Of a stretch of DNA of 64,000 nucleotides, positions 56,667-64,000 are shown piece by piece. Under the pieces are notes generated by a model. It had not been told where the DNA came from. It worked only from the letters and a program-made list of their open reading frames with translations, and searched no databases. The stretch is from a virus. The position numbers and the translations under genes were made by a program. Each line of letters begins with the position of its first letter. Positions within the stretch are counted from its first letter, which is position 1. The stretch spans positions 2,776-66,775 of the IMG/VR virus record IMGVR_UViG_3300042562_001046, one strand, 5' to 3'.

Positions 56667-57619
56667 ACCTCAAACCCCTGCTTGCAGAAGACGCCAACCT
56701 TGCCAACGTCAAATTCCCGTGCTGGGCTCAGCCGAAGATCGACGGCGTCCGCGCCCTCAACCTAAACGGCACGCTCACCGGGCGCAGCCTGGACCCCTTC
56801 GAGGGGTTCGGCATCACCGAGCACTTCAGCCAACCCGAATTCATCGGCCTGGACGGGGAAATGACCCTAGGCAACGACCCCAGCTGCGGCGAGCGCCTGT
56901 GCAGCTTGACCACTGGCGCCATGGGCCGTTTCAAAGGCGTGACTGAGATGGCCGACCTGCACTGGTGGGTGTTTGACCTGATCACGCCTGACACCATCGA
57001 CCTGGTGTATGCGGACCGATACCGGCTGCTGCATCAAACCGTGCGGGACCTTCAGTACGGCAACCGCAGGATCGACATCGTGCCCTACGTCGGCTGCAAC
57101 AACCTGGCGCAGCTGCAGCACGCCGTGGCAGGGTTCTTTGAAGACGGCTACGAGGGCACCATCATCCGCAATCCCCAGGCCCTGTACAAACAGGGGCGAG
57201 CCACCAAGAAGAACCAGGAGCTGTGGCGTGTCAAGCCCTGGGCCGACGCCGAGATCCGCGTCACAGGCATTACCGAAGGGCAGATGAACGCCAACGAGGC
57301 CAAGACCAACACGCTGGGGCGCACTGAGCGCAGCAGCGCCAAGGCCGGCATGGTCCCCAACGGCCAGGTCGGCTCCGTCCAAGGCACCCTGCTTGCGGAC
57401 TTCCACGACCCGATCACCGGCCGGCTGCTGTTCGGCAAAGGCCTGCCCGTGACCGTTGGCAGTGGCGAGATGTCCGTGGTCGAGGCCACGCGCTACTTCC
57501 GCGAGCCTAACCTGATCGTGGGCCACGTGGTCAAGTTCAAGCACATGACCCACGGCGTCAAAGACCTGCCCCGCTTTCCGACCTACATGACGCACCGGCT
57601 GGCGCAGGACATGTCGTGA
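56663..57619 (+). CDS. lig: ATP-dependent DNA ligase
   Basis: KIDGVR, LDGE, VFD, GYEG.IIR, and C-terminal PRFP. Confidence 0.92.
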   Translation: MNLKPLLAEDANLANVKFPCWAQPKIDGVRALNLNGTLTGRSLDPFEGFGITEHFSQPEFIGLDGEMTLGNDPSCGERLCSLTTGAMGRFKGVTEMADLHWWVFDLITPDTIDLVYADRYRLLHQTVRDLQYGNRRIDIVPYVGCNNLAQLQHAVAGFFEDGYEGTIIRNPQALYKQGRATKKNQELWRVKPWADAEIRVTGITEGQMNANEAKTNTLGRTERSSAKAGMVPNGQVGSVQGTLLADFHDPITGRLLFGKGLPVTVGSGEMSVVEATRYFREPNLIVGHVVKFKHMTHGVKDLPRFPTYMTHRLAQDMS

Positions 57620-57819
57620 ACCACAAGCTGACCTATGACGGCGCGGCCCTGGTCGCACCCGGCAACAAGTGGATCCCGATCGGCCAGGACACGCCGCGGG
57701 GCGTGAAGCTGCTACTCATCTCTAGAAAATACCGTTCGGCGGCGCTGGGCATGTACCTGCCAGACGACAAGTTCTACACCCACTACTACCCCCTGCCGAC
57801 GTTCGACGATCCGGTATGA
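57616..57819 (+). CDS. DUF551-like small protein
   Basis: WIPI..TP.G.K.LL...THY.PLP. Confidence 0.6.
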   Translation: MNHKLTYDGAALVAPGNKWIPIGQDTPRGVKLLLISRKYRSAALGMYLPDDKFYTHYYPLPTFDDPV

Positions 57820-58151
57820 CCACTGAGCCGCTGCGCATCCTGAACCTGCAGGAGGCAGCGGCGTTGCTGCGCGTGCACAAATCCACCTTGTCCGGCCAGG
57901 CAGCAGCGGGGCTGGTCCCCGCTGGCAAGATTGGTCGAGCCTGGACGTTCATCGAGTCTGACCTCGTCGCACACCTACGAAACCAATACCTATGTCCCTC
58001 TACAAACAGCCCAGCAGTGAAATCTGGTGGGCCTACCTCACGCACCAGGGGGAGCGGCACCGCTTCTCGACTGGAGAAACTGATCGCGCTGCGGCGAAAC
58101 GAGTTCACGACGAGCGCAAAGCCGCGCTCTGGAAAGAAACCCCTGCCCTAA
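57816..58151 (+). CDS. xis: Excisionase-like HTH_17 protein
   Basis: L.L.EAA.LL.VH..T....A..G.VPA.KIGR.W.F; directly upstream of and overlapping int. Confidence 0.8.
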   Translation: MTTEPLRILNLQEAAALLRVHKSTLSGQAAAGLVPAGKIGRAWTFIESDLVAHLRNQYLCPSTNSPAVKSGGPTSRTRGSGTASRLEKLIALRRNEFTTSAKPRSGKKPLP

Positions 58152-59014
58152 AAGGCAAGACCTGGAACAACGCCATCGAGAAATGGCTGGACGCTGCCCC
58201 GCGCTCATATTCCGAGCTGCTGGGCATCAAGAAGTTCAACCTGTACTTTCCCGACCGGCGGCTCAACAGCATCACGCCAGAGCTGGTTAACGAGGCCCTG
58301 TCGAAGTATTGCAAGACCGGGGCCACCTACACGCGGCATCGGGCGCGTGTCGCTGGGATCCTGAACATGAACGGGGTGATCCTCAAACTCGACACCCGCA
58401 AGGTCAAGAAGAAGGCCCGTACCTGGCTGACCCACGAGCAGTGGGCGGCTCTGTACGCAGAACTACCGCCGCACATGCAGCCAATGGCAGAGTTTGCGGT
58501 GGAGACCGGTCTGCGCCAGTCCAACGTGCTGAAGCTGGCATGGGACCGCGTTGACGTCAAACGCCGCCTGGTATGGATCGAAGCTGAGGACATGAAGGGC
58601 GGCACCGCCATCGGGATCCCCCTATCAACTGGAGCACTGCGTGTCCTACAAGCCCAAACCGGGAAGCACCCTGAGTTCGTCTTTACGTACCAGAAGCGCC
58701 CCATCAAAGAAATCAAGACCGCCTTCATCGCCGCCTGTGTCCGAGCAGGAGTTGGTCGCATGGTGGACGGAGCGTATCGTGGGTTCACCTGGCACGGCTT
58801 TCGCCACACCTGGGCCACCTGGCACGTCCAGAACGGCACCCCACTCGACGTCCTTCAGAAGCTAGGCGCCTGGAAAGACCACCGGATGGTGCTGAATTAC
58901 GCCCACCACTCGCCTGGGCACTTGGCGAGTTTTGCTGACAACGCGAAGGAAAAATCATGCCTGACGCCGACGACTACTTCTGCATCGGTACCGACGGACG
59001 CCTCTGGATCCTAG
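57992..59014 (+). CDS. int: Tyrosine integrase
   Basis: TGLR, K(GG), HGFRHT, LGAW and NYAH catalytic residues; N-terminal arm-binding domain. Confidence 0.95.
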   Translation: MSLYKQPSSEIWWAYLTHQGERHRFSTGETDRAAAKRVHDERKAALWKETPALKGKTWNNAIEKWLDAAPRSYSELLGIKKFNLYFPDRRLNSITPELVNEALSKYCKTGATYTRHRARVAGILNMNGVILKLDTRKVKKKARTWLTHEQWAALYAELPPHMQPMAEFAVETGLRQSNVLKLAWDRVDVKRRLVWIEAEDMKGGTAIGIPLSTGALRVLQAQTGKHPEFVFTYQKRPIKEIKTAFIAACVRAGVGRMVDGAYRGFTWHGFRHTWATWHVQNGTPLDVLQKLGAWKDHRMVLNYAHHSPGHLASFADNAKEKSCLTPTTTSASVPTDASGS

Positions 59015-59172
59015 GTAACCACGGGGGTTTTGAGGCTGCCGAGGACACCGCCCGCTCGCTGGACGTGGAGCCGGTCTGGATCTTCGGCCGCGAAACGGCG
59101 ATCGCTTGGCGCGACAGCCTGAACCAAGCGCTGCCCAAACACAGCGCTTCACTCTCGATCGCCTACTCATGA
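58957..59172 (+). CDS. Hypothetical protein
   Basis: AAGGA RBS; overlaps the 3' end of int. Confidence 0.55.
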   Translation: MPDADDYFCIGTDGRLWILGNHGGFEAAEDTARSLDVEPVWIFGRETAIAWRDSLNQALPKHSASLSIAYS

Positions 59173-59411
59173 CACATACCTTCCGCGCTAACCTTAAACA
59201 AGCAGCTCGTAACAACGAGACCGTCACCATCGGCGGTGGGGAATTTGGCCCAGCAGAGCTGCATCAAGCAGCTCGCGCTTTAGAGCAAGGCGAGAAAGCA
59301 ATCAACCTCTTGCACGCCATTGTCGATCTCAACAGCACTACCAACGGCATGTTTAAAAGCATGCTGGAAGCCCGTACGTGGCTGCGCGAGATTGAAAGCA
59401 AGCCTACATGA
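59169..59411 (+). CDS. Hypothetical protein
   Basis: ATGA overlaps; TVTIGGGEF motif. Confidence 0.55.
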   Translation: MTHTFRANLKQAARNNETVTIGGGEFGPAELHQAARALEQGEKAINLLHAIVDLNSTTNGMFKSMLEARTWLREIESKPT

Positions 59412-59785
59412 GCCGCCAAGCCCGTGATGATGGCACCAGCACCGCGCTGGCCGTCGCTGGCGAGGCCTGGTGCGGCCTGGCCGAATACTTCATCTACCGG
59501 TACTTTGTGCTGCAGGGCAGCCAAGGCGCTCGCTTTGAGGAGGCCCGGGCGTTTGCGGAGCTGTGCTTTTCGGCTAAGCCCCCACACCCCAACGCCTGGG
59601 GCTCCCTGGCGCTGCGTATGGCCAGCTCTGGCCTGATTGAGCGCACTGGCGATCACCGCCAAAGCACCCTGTTCCGCAACCACGCTCGATCGGCTGCGGT
59701 GTGGCGTGTGCGGCACCACACCTCTGTTTTGGCCCACCCAAACCCGCTGTTGTCCGCTGCTTGGAGGAGGAAAACCATGGCCTAA
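59408..59785 (+). CDS. Conserved phage hypothetical protein
   Basis: P.HPNAWG.L......G.I......S....H......W. Confidence 0.65.
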   Translation: MSRQARDDGTSTALAVAGEAWCGLAEYFIYRYFVLQGSQGARFEEARAFAELCFSAKPPHPNAWGSLALRMASSGLIERTGDHRQSTLFRNHARSAAVWRVRHHTSVLAHPNPLLSAAWRRKTMA

Positions 59786-59806
59786 AACCTACTCTAAGAT
59801 CTTCTT

Positions 59807-60055
59807 GTATGGCGTAAAAGTATGGCATAGCACCCCGTTCTAACGTCTTCTAACGCCTCTCTAATCACGATCAAAGATGACTAGATCAAAAAAAATTCCT
59901 TATAAGTCATTGATTTATAAGGAATTTCTTGGTGGGCGGTGGAGGCTTCGAACCTCCGACCCCAGCAGTGTGAAGGTCACCGCCGCGCCCCGCCAGGCCT
60001 TTATCCACGCCATTCTGCCCGAAAGTATGGCGGTTTCGGTATGGCCTAGGCCATA
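59807..60055. other. attP region: paired GTATGGC arm-type repeats, AT hairpin and tRNA core
   Basis: GTATGGC occurs twice at 59807-59826 and twice at 60025-60045. Hairpin AAATTCCTTATAAGTCA-T-TGATTTATAAGGAATTT at 59893-59927. Confidence 0.75.
59930..59974 (-). other. attP core = 3' half of tRNA-Val(CAC)
   Basis: Minus strand reads TTCACAC-TGCTG-GGGTC-GGAGG-TTCGAAG-CCTCC-ACCGCCC-ACCA (anticodon loop, T-arm, acceptor 3' strand, CCA). The 5' half is absent. Confidence 0.88.
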
Positions 60056-60101
60056 ATTTTAAGAGCTAAGACAAGTCAACTTCATAACCCATAGGAATAT
60101 C

Positions 60102-60296
60102 ATGGTCATTTACAAAACTTTCACCACCTCCGCCGAAGGCGTCCAAACCATCAACTGGCAGGCATCCCAAACCGAGGCCAGCAAGGCCCGTGGTGCGGCC
60201 AAGAAGCTAGGCTCCAAGGCCGAATCCCAGACCGTCAACATCCCCACAGCCAAGAGCCAACTGATCGGCTGGCTGAACGAGAACGCTGTGTGTTAA
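60102..60296 (+). CDS. Hypothetical protein
   Basis: AGGA RBS; IPT.K..LI.WLN motif. Confidence 0.6.
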   Translation: MVIYKTFTTSAEGVQTINWQASQTEASKARGAAKKLGSKAESQTVNIPTAKSQLIGWLNENAVC

Positions 60297-60327
60297 TGTG
60301 ACCTCCACAACAACACAGGGAGAACTC

Positions 60328-60582
60328 ATGGATACATTTCAAGACCACAACGGATTTGGGAAAATCTTCGCCGTCGGGATCGTGATACTTTTTATCGCGA
60401 TGGCCCGAGGCCTCATCAAGTCGCAGTCAGAAATTGCCCGTCGCACAAGGATTGTCATCGCGGTGCTGATCGGGCTCTCCGGCGCATCAGCTGTGGTGGC
60501 GGGATCTGGCCCAATCGGCTTGGTAATCCTCCTCGCCATACTTGGCGCCGGCTACTGGATCTTCAAAGGTCGAGGCAAATAA
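60328..60582 (+). CDS. Small 3-TM membrane protein
   Basis: Three hydrophobic segments; GGAG RBS. Confidence 0.65.
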   Translation: MDTFQDHNGFGKIFAVGIVILFIAMARGLIKSQSEIARRTRIVIAVLIGLSGASAVVAGSGPIGLVILLAILGAGYWIFKGRGK

Positions 60583-60585
60583 TCC

Positions 60586-60861
60586 ATGCAGTCCAACTTC
60601 CTGCTCGGCAACCTCAGCATCACAGAAGACGCAAAGTATTGCCTACAGCGCATCCCGTACGACCTGATTGCTCGTCATGCAGTCAACGAACACGGCTCGC
60701 TCTCCAAACGGGAAGCCCGCCGCAATGAGGTGGCCATGAAGACGATCGGTGAAATCACATCCCGCTACGCAGTCGACCCGACCAACCCCAAAGCCGGGAA
60801 TGTTCTGGTCGTCACCAGCTGCGCCTGGAACGAAACCCTTGTCAAACTAGAAAGCGAATAA
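60586..60861 (+). CDS. Plasmid/phage-related small protein
   Basis: F.LG...IT......L..RH...G...N...I.SRY pattern. Confidence 0.6.
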   Translation: MQSNFLLGNLSITEDAKYCLQRIPYDLIARHAVNEHGSLSKREARRNEVAMKTIGEITSRYAVDPTNPKAGNVLVVTSCAWNETLVKLESE

Positions 60862-60980
60862 TGTCCTTCTTCTTCCTCCTCTCCCGAATCATCCGCATCG
60901 CGTACGTCACACTGCGTGCTGCTGCCGGATTCCTCATCGTCAGCCACGGCATTGTCCGTTGGGTCAACAACCACCGGTAA
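60861..60980 (+). CDS. 39-aa hydrophobic peptide (not in ORF track)
   Basis: TAATG coupling; MSFFFLLSRIIRIAYVTLRAAAGFLIVSHGIVRWVNNHR*. Confidence 0.4.
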   Translation: MSFFFLLSRIIRIAYVTLRAAAGFLIVSHGIVRWVNNHR

Positions 60981-60983
60981 AAG

Positions 60984-61021
60984 ACAAGGCGGGTCAGCCC
61001 AGAGCTGGTCCGCTTTTGTTC
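60984..61021 (+). terminator. Intrinsic terminator ending the plus arm
   Basis: AGGCGGGTCAGC-ccaga-GCTGGTCCGCTT followed by TTGTT. Confidence 0.6.
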
Positions 61022-61191
61022 ACGTATTTACCGCCCCTTTTTGCCCCACTCATCTCTCTTCCCGCCGGCACTGCCCGGCTCTTTTTTATTTCCCGAAGGG
61101 TATGGGGCGCGGGGTGGAGAAAGGCTGAAAACCTGCTTCAAACCCTGCGGGGCAGAGACGGCGTAGGCGGCGGCTTTTTCGGCCCAACACT

Positions 61192-61349
61192 GGTGTAATA
61201 GTGTTAGACCCCTTTTCATTGGTAAACCCCTCTATATATTACACTTACACTTACTAAATTAAGATTTAAAAAAGGGAAGTGTAGTATTGAGAGAGGACTC
61301 CTTTTATAGTAGGGGTTTCAGCCTTGTAAGTGAAATCCCGTAATTGCCT
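61192..61349 (-). repeat. Inverted repeat, right copy (IR-R)
   Basis: Reverse complement of 35085-35242; 61203-61295 is identical to 35139-35231. Abuts the stop codon of the giant gene. Confidence 0.95.
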
Positions 61350-64000
61350 TATTTCAGGGCCTGTCCGTAGATCGCGTGCAGCGGCAGTGAGTTGACCGCA
61401 GTCCTGCCGATCGGGTCGCGCAGCCCGTCAATGATCTGCTCCACAGCCGGCCCACCAAGCGACGCCACGTCAGCCGCTGCGTCCATGCCGATCGTGCCCA
61501 CACCCGAGAGCCCCGCCCGCTGGTACCCGTGCATCAGCCAGTCGCCAAGGTCGTAGCCCTTCATGTAGGCCGGCAGCTCACCGCCGCCCTGGATCAGCCC
61601 CTTGGTCACGTCAGCCGCGATCATGGTCGGGATGTACCAGATGAAAGCACCCATCGGGGCCATGTTGCCGTACTTGAGCTCACCCACCGCCCGCTTGAGG
61701 ATGGTCTGGTGGAACGAGTAGCTGAACTGCTTGAGGTGGAAGAACATCGAGTAGTTCGGGTCGCTGGCCCACGCCGGGCGCTGCGCGGCGTTCGGTGTCA
61801 GCACCGCACCCTCCACCCAGCGGTTGATCGCGTAGTGGACCTCGCTGATCTCCTTCGTGGCCTGGGCCAGGTCAATCCCCTTCGCTGCCGCCAGCTCGTG
61901 CCGGCCGGTGATCAGGTTGCCATCACTGTCCAGCGGGATGGACGCCGGGTTCAGGCCCAGCTCCTGCAGCCAGCGCTTGCTGTGGTTCTTGTCGGGCAGT
62001 GCTGCGTGCCGCTCGATGAAGCGCACCGCCGACTTGGTCGCTGCCACCCGCATGCCCCGGTTCCACGCCTCCATGCCGTTGAAGACGAACATCTTGTCGT
62101 TGATCTTCTTGGCCCCCGGCGACATGAAGGCTGAGGCGTACTCGTCGCTGACGTGGTGCGAGAACAGGGCGGCGTCCACTGCCCCCACGTGCTCGGCCAG
62201 CTTCTCCCACTCGCTCTGCTTGCGCTCGGGCGGCATGTCGCGGAAGGCGTCGCCCCAGGCCTGCACGACTTTCTGCATGCCGCCCAGGAAAGCGTCGTAG
62301 GCCTCGGGCATCGTCGCCCCACGTGCCACCAGCCCCAGCGGATCCACAAATGACGAGAACAGGCTCATGGGCAGCAGCCGGATGTTCTGGTACACCGCCA
62401 TCCAGCTGCTGAACTTGCGCATCGCCGGCGAGACGTCCTTACCCAGCGTGCCCTCCATGGCGCCGATCGCCTGAGACACGTCGCGCATCTGGCGGCTCAG
62501 CCACTTGCCTCGGGCCTTGTCATCCTTGAGCTCACCGCGCTTCATCTTCTCCTTGGATGCCTCGGTCAGCTCCTGGTTGACTTTGTTCAGCGACTTCTCC
62601 AGCTCGACGCCGTCCTCGCCGAACCGCCGGTGGTACTCAGCCGCCCGTGCGCCCTGGTGGAAGTAGCCCGTCATGGTGCCGATCAGGTTCTTCTGGAGGT
62701 ACGGCTCAACCTCCGGTCCTTTGAGCCAGCTCAGCGTGCGGTTCTCACCGGAGGCAAAGAACGGGGCCAGCACACCGTCCTCGCGCTGGGCCGGCAGATG
62801 CTCCTGCACGCCGTTCTTGTTGACCAGTGCCAGCCAGATGCGGTCGGCTGCGGCCTCTGGCGTGCCCTCGAGGGGAGCCATCATGGCGGGAAACTTGGAC
62901 ACCATCATCTGCGTGAACTCGGTCTTCTTGCTCAGCAGCGCGTCCATGCTCCACATCGTTGGGTAGTAGTTGTCGGCGTCGTAGCCGATCTCCAGCCCTG
63001 CCTCGACGAGGTGTTCATGGAACCGGTTCAGCAGGGCTCGGACTGACTTGACCGCCTCCCGGTGTGCCGCCAACGGGATGTCGGCCAGCTCGGTGCGGCT
63101 CTGGAGGTACTTCTGCACGCTGTCCTGGTCGCTGTCGCTCAGCTGGTTGATGACCTGTGCGAACGTGTTGGAATACTTGGTCGCCACCCGGCGACGGGCG
63201 TTCAGGTAGCCCTCTTTGTCACCGCCCACCTTGCCGTCGCCCGGGTTGGTGAAGAACTGGGTCGCCAGCTTACGGGCCTCTGGGCTCAGGCTCTGGGCCA
63301 GGATCTCCCCGCTGGGCACGGTCAGGGCTGCGACCCCTTGTATTAGCGCGTCAAACTTGCGCCGGGCAGCCAGGGTGAGCTTGCCCTTGTCCAGAGCCTT
63401 GGAAATCACCTCTCCGGCAGCGCTGGGCTCTGCCATACGACCCTCATGGAAGGCCGTAAACAGCTCCAGGGCCTTCTCGGAGTCCCGAGCCATGCCCAGC
63501 ACGTGCCGGAAGAACTTACCGACCTTCTGGAGCCAGGTTTTGGCCTTGGCATCGACCTGCAGCAGCCCTGCAGCCCAGAACTGGTAGGTGTAGGCCAGCC
63601 GCTCCTCGCCGCTGCCGTTGCCCTTCAGCTGGGCCTGCGCGGCGGGGTACCCGTCCAGCAGGGCCTCGAGCTTGGCGAGGTGGCGCGGATCGTTGACCAG
63701 GCTCTCAAACACCGCCTGCATCTTCGGGTTGCCCTTGACAAAGTCCCGGAAGAACACGTGCATGGCCTCGTGGTAGGCCGTGTTCATGGTGCCGGCCGCC
63801 GCCATGGTGCTGATCTCGATGGCGTTCTGGGCGTCGATGAACTCGCCCGAGTAGCCGGTGATGTCCTTGAAAGCGACGGAGATCTTCGGCCCCAGGATCT
63901 TCAGGAGGTAGGCCTTGGCCGCGTCGCGCTCGGCTTGAGACGAGACGTGGGACGGGCCGTCTTGTTGTTTGTTGAACATACCGCCCCCGACCTTACCGAT
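61349..64000 (-). CDS. Giant virion protein, C-terminal part with HExxH metallopeptidase-like domain (open to the right edge)
   Basis: The frame stays open upstream of the ATG at 63979 to 64000 (IGKVGGG-MFNK). Contains TAYHEAMH...EERLA and a C-terminal FFHLKQFSYSF motif typical of podovirus large internal proteins. Confidence 0.8.
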   Translation of the reverse strand: MGKVGGGMFNKQQDGPSHVSSQAERDAAKAYLLKILGPKISVAFKDITGYSGEFIDAQNAIEISTMAAAGTMNTAYHEAMHVFFRDFVKGNPKMQAVFESLVNDPRHLAKLEALLDGYPAAQAQLKGNGSGEERLAYTYQFWAAGLLQVDAKAKTWLQKVGKFFRHVLGMARDSEKALELFTAFHEGRMAEPSAAGEVISKALDKGKLTLAARRKFDALIQGVAALTVPSGEILAQSLSPEARKLATQFFTNPGDGKVGGDKEGYLNARRRVATKYSNTFAQVINQLSDSDQDSVQKYLQSRTELADIPLAAHREAVKSVRALLNRFHEHLVEAGLEIGYDADNYYPTMWSMDALLSKKTEFTQMMVSKFPAMMAPLEGTPEAAADRIWLALVNKNGVQEHLPAQREDGVLAPFFASGENRTLSWLKGPEVEPYLQKNLIGTMTGYFHQGARAAEYHRRFGEDGVELEKSLNKVNQELTEASKEKMKRGELKDDKARGKWLSRQMRDVSQAIGAMEGTLGKDVSPAMRKFSSWMAVYQNIRLLPMSLFSSFVDPLGLVARGATMPEAYDAFLGGMQKVVQAWGDAFRDMPPERKQSEWEKLAEHVGAVDAALFSHHVSDEYASAFMSPGAKKINDKMFVFNGMEAWNRGMRVAATKSAVRFIERHAALPDKNHSKRWLQELGLNPASIPLDSDGNLITGRHELAAAKGIDLAQATKEISEVHYAINRWVEGAVLTPNAAQRPAWASDPNYSMFFHLKQFSYSFHQTILKRAVGELKYGNMAPMGAFIWYIPTMIAADVTKGLIQGGGELPAYMKGYDLGDWLMHGYQRAGLSGVGTIGMDAAADVASLGGPAVEQIIDGLRDPIGRTAVNSLPLHAIYGQALK

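Noticed and set aside
59930-59974. Complete tRNA gene
   Set aside because: Only the 3' half is present; upstream sequence does not form a D-arm or acceptor 5' strand. Interpreted as attP.
61028-61219. 63-aa minus-strand ORF starting in IR-R
   Set aside because: The equivalent frame in IR-L stops early or diverges and composition is non-coding-like; probably spurious.
35085-61349. IRs as ends of a transposon or linear-genome terminal repeats
   Set aside because: No transposase or evident target-site duplication, and the enclosed genes are core replication genes. The phage has a terminase and portal, with no protein-primed polymerase or protelomerase.
1-64000. Window equals the exact full circular genome
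   Set aside because: The terminal ORF frames are out of phase by one base if joined directly, so more sequence must lie between the ends.

Overview
The window is most of a GC-rich (~60%) temperate, probably podovirus-like dsDNA phage genome, probably circular and slightly longer than 64 kb. A Betaproteobacterial/Burkholderiales host is inferred only. A minus-strand late arm (1-31.9 kb, continuing at 61.35-64 kb) encodes TerS, TerL, a P22-like portal, scaffold, a lysis cassette, an N4-gp56/DUF4043-type major capsid protein, an adaptor, repeat-rich tail/appendage proteins and very large virion proteins. A plus-strand early/replication arm (32.1-61.0 kb) encodes a primase-SF3 helicase, a MoxR-AAA+/DUF3150/DUF2201-vWA module, a Cas4-like nuclease, SNF2 helicase, family A DNA polymerase, SSB, ligase, Xis/Int and an intact attP whose core is the 3' half of tRNA-Val(CAC). 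Three signals stand out. (1) A 158-bp, ~91% identical, AT-rich, origin-like inverted repeat (93 bp perfectly identical) brackets the 26-kb replication module. (2) A 20-bp asymmetric motif, ATCTAAnATCTAAnTTAGAA, occurs at 12 or more sites, nearly all oriented with transcription, over ribosome-binding regions and even inside genes, although no CI repressor is recognisable. (3) A Gp49-family plus RyR-domain gene pair, candidate anti-defence proteins, sits between portal and scaffold. All family assignments come from recognising motifs by eye, not from database searches.
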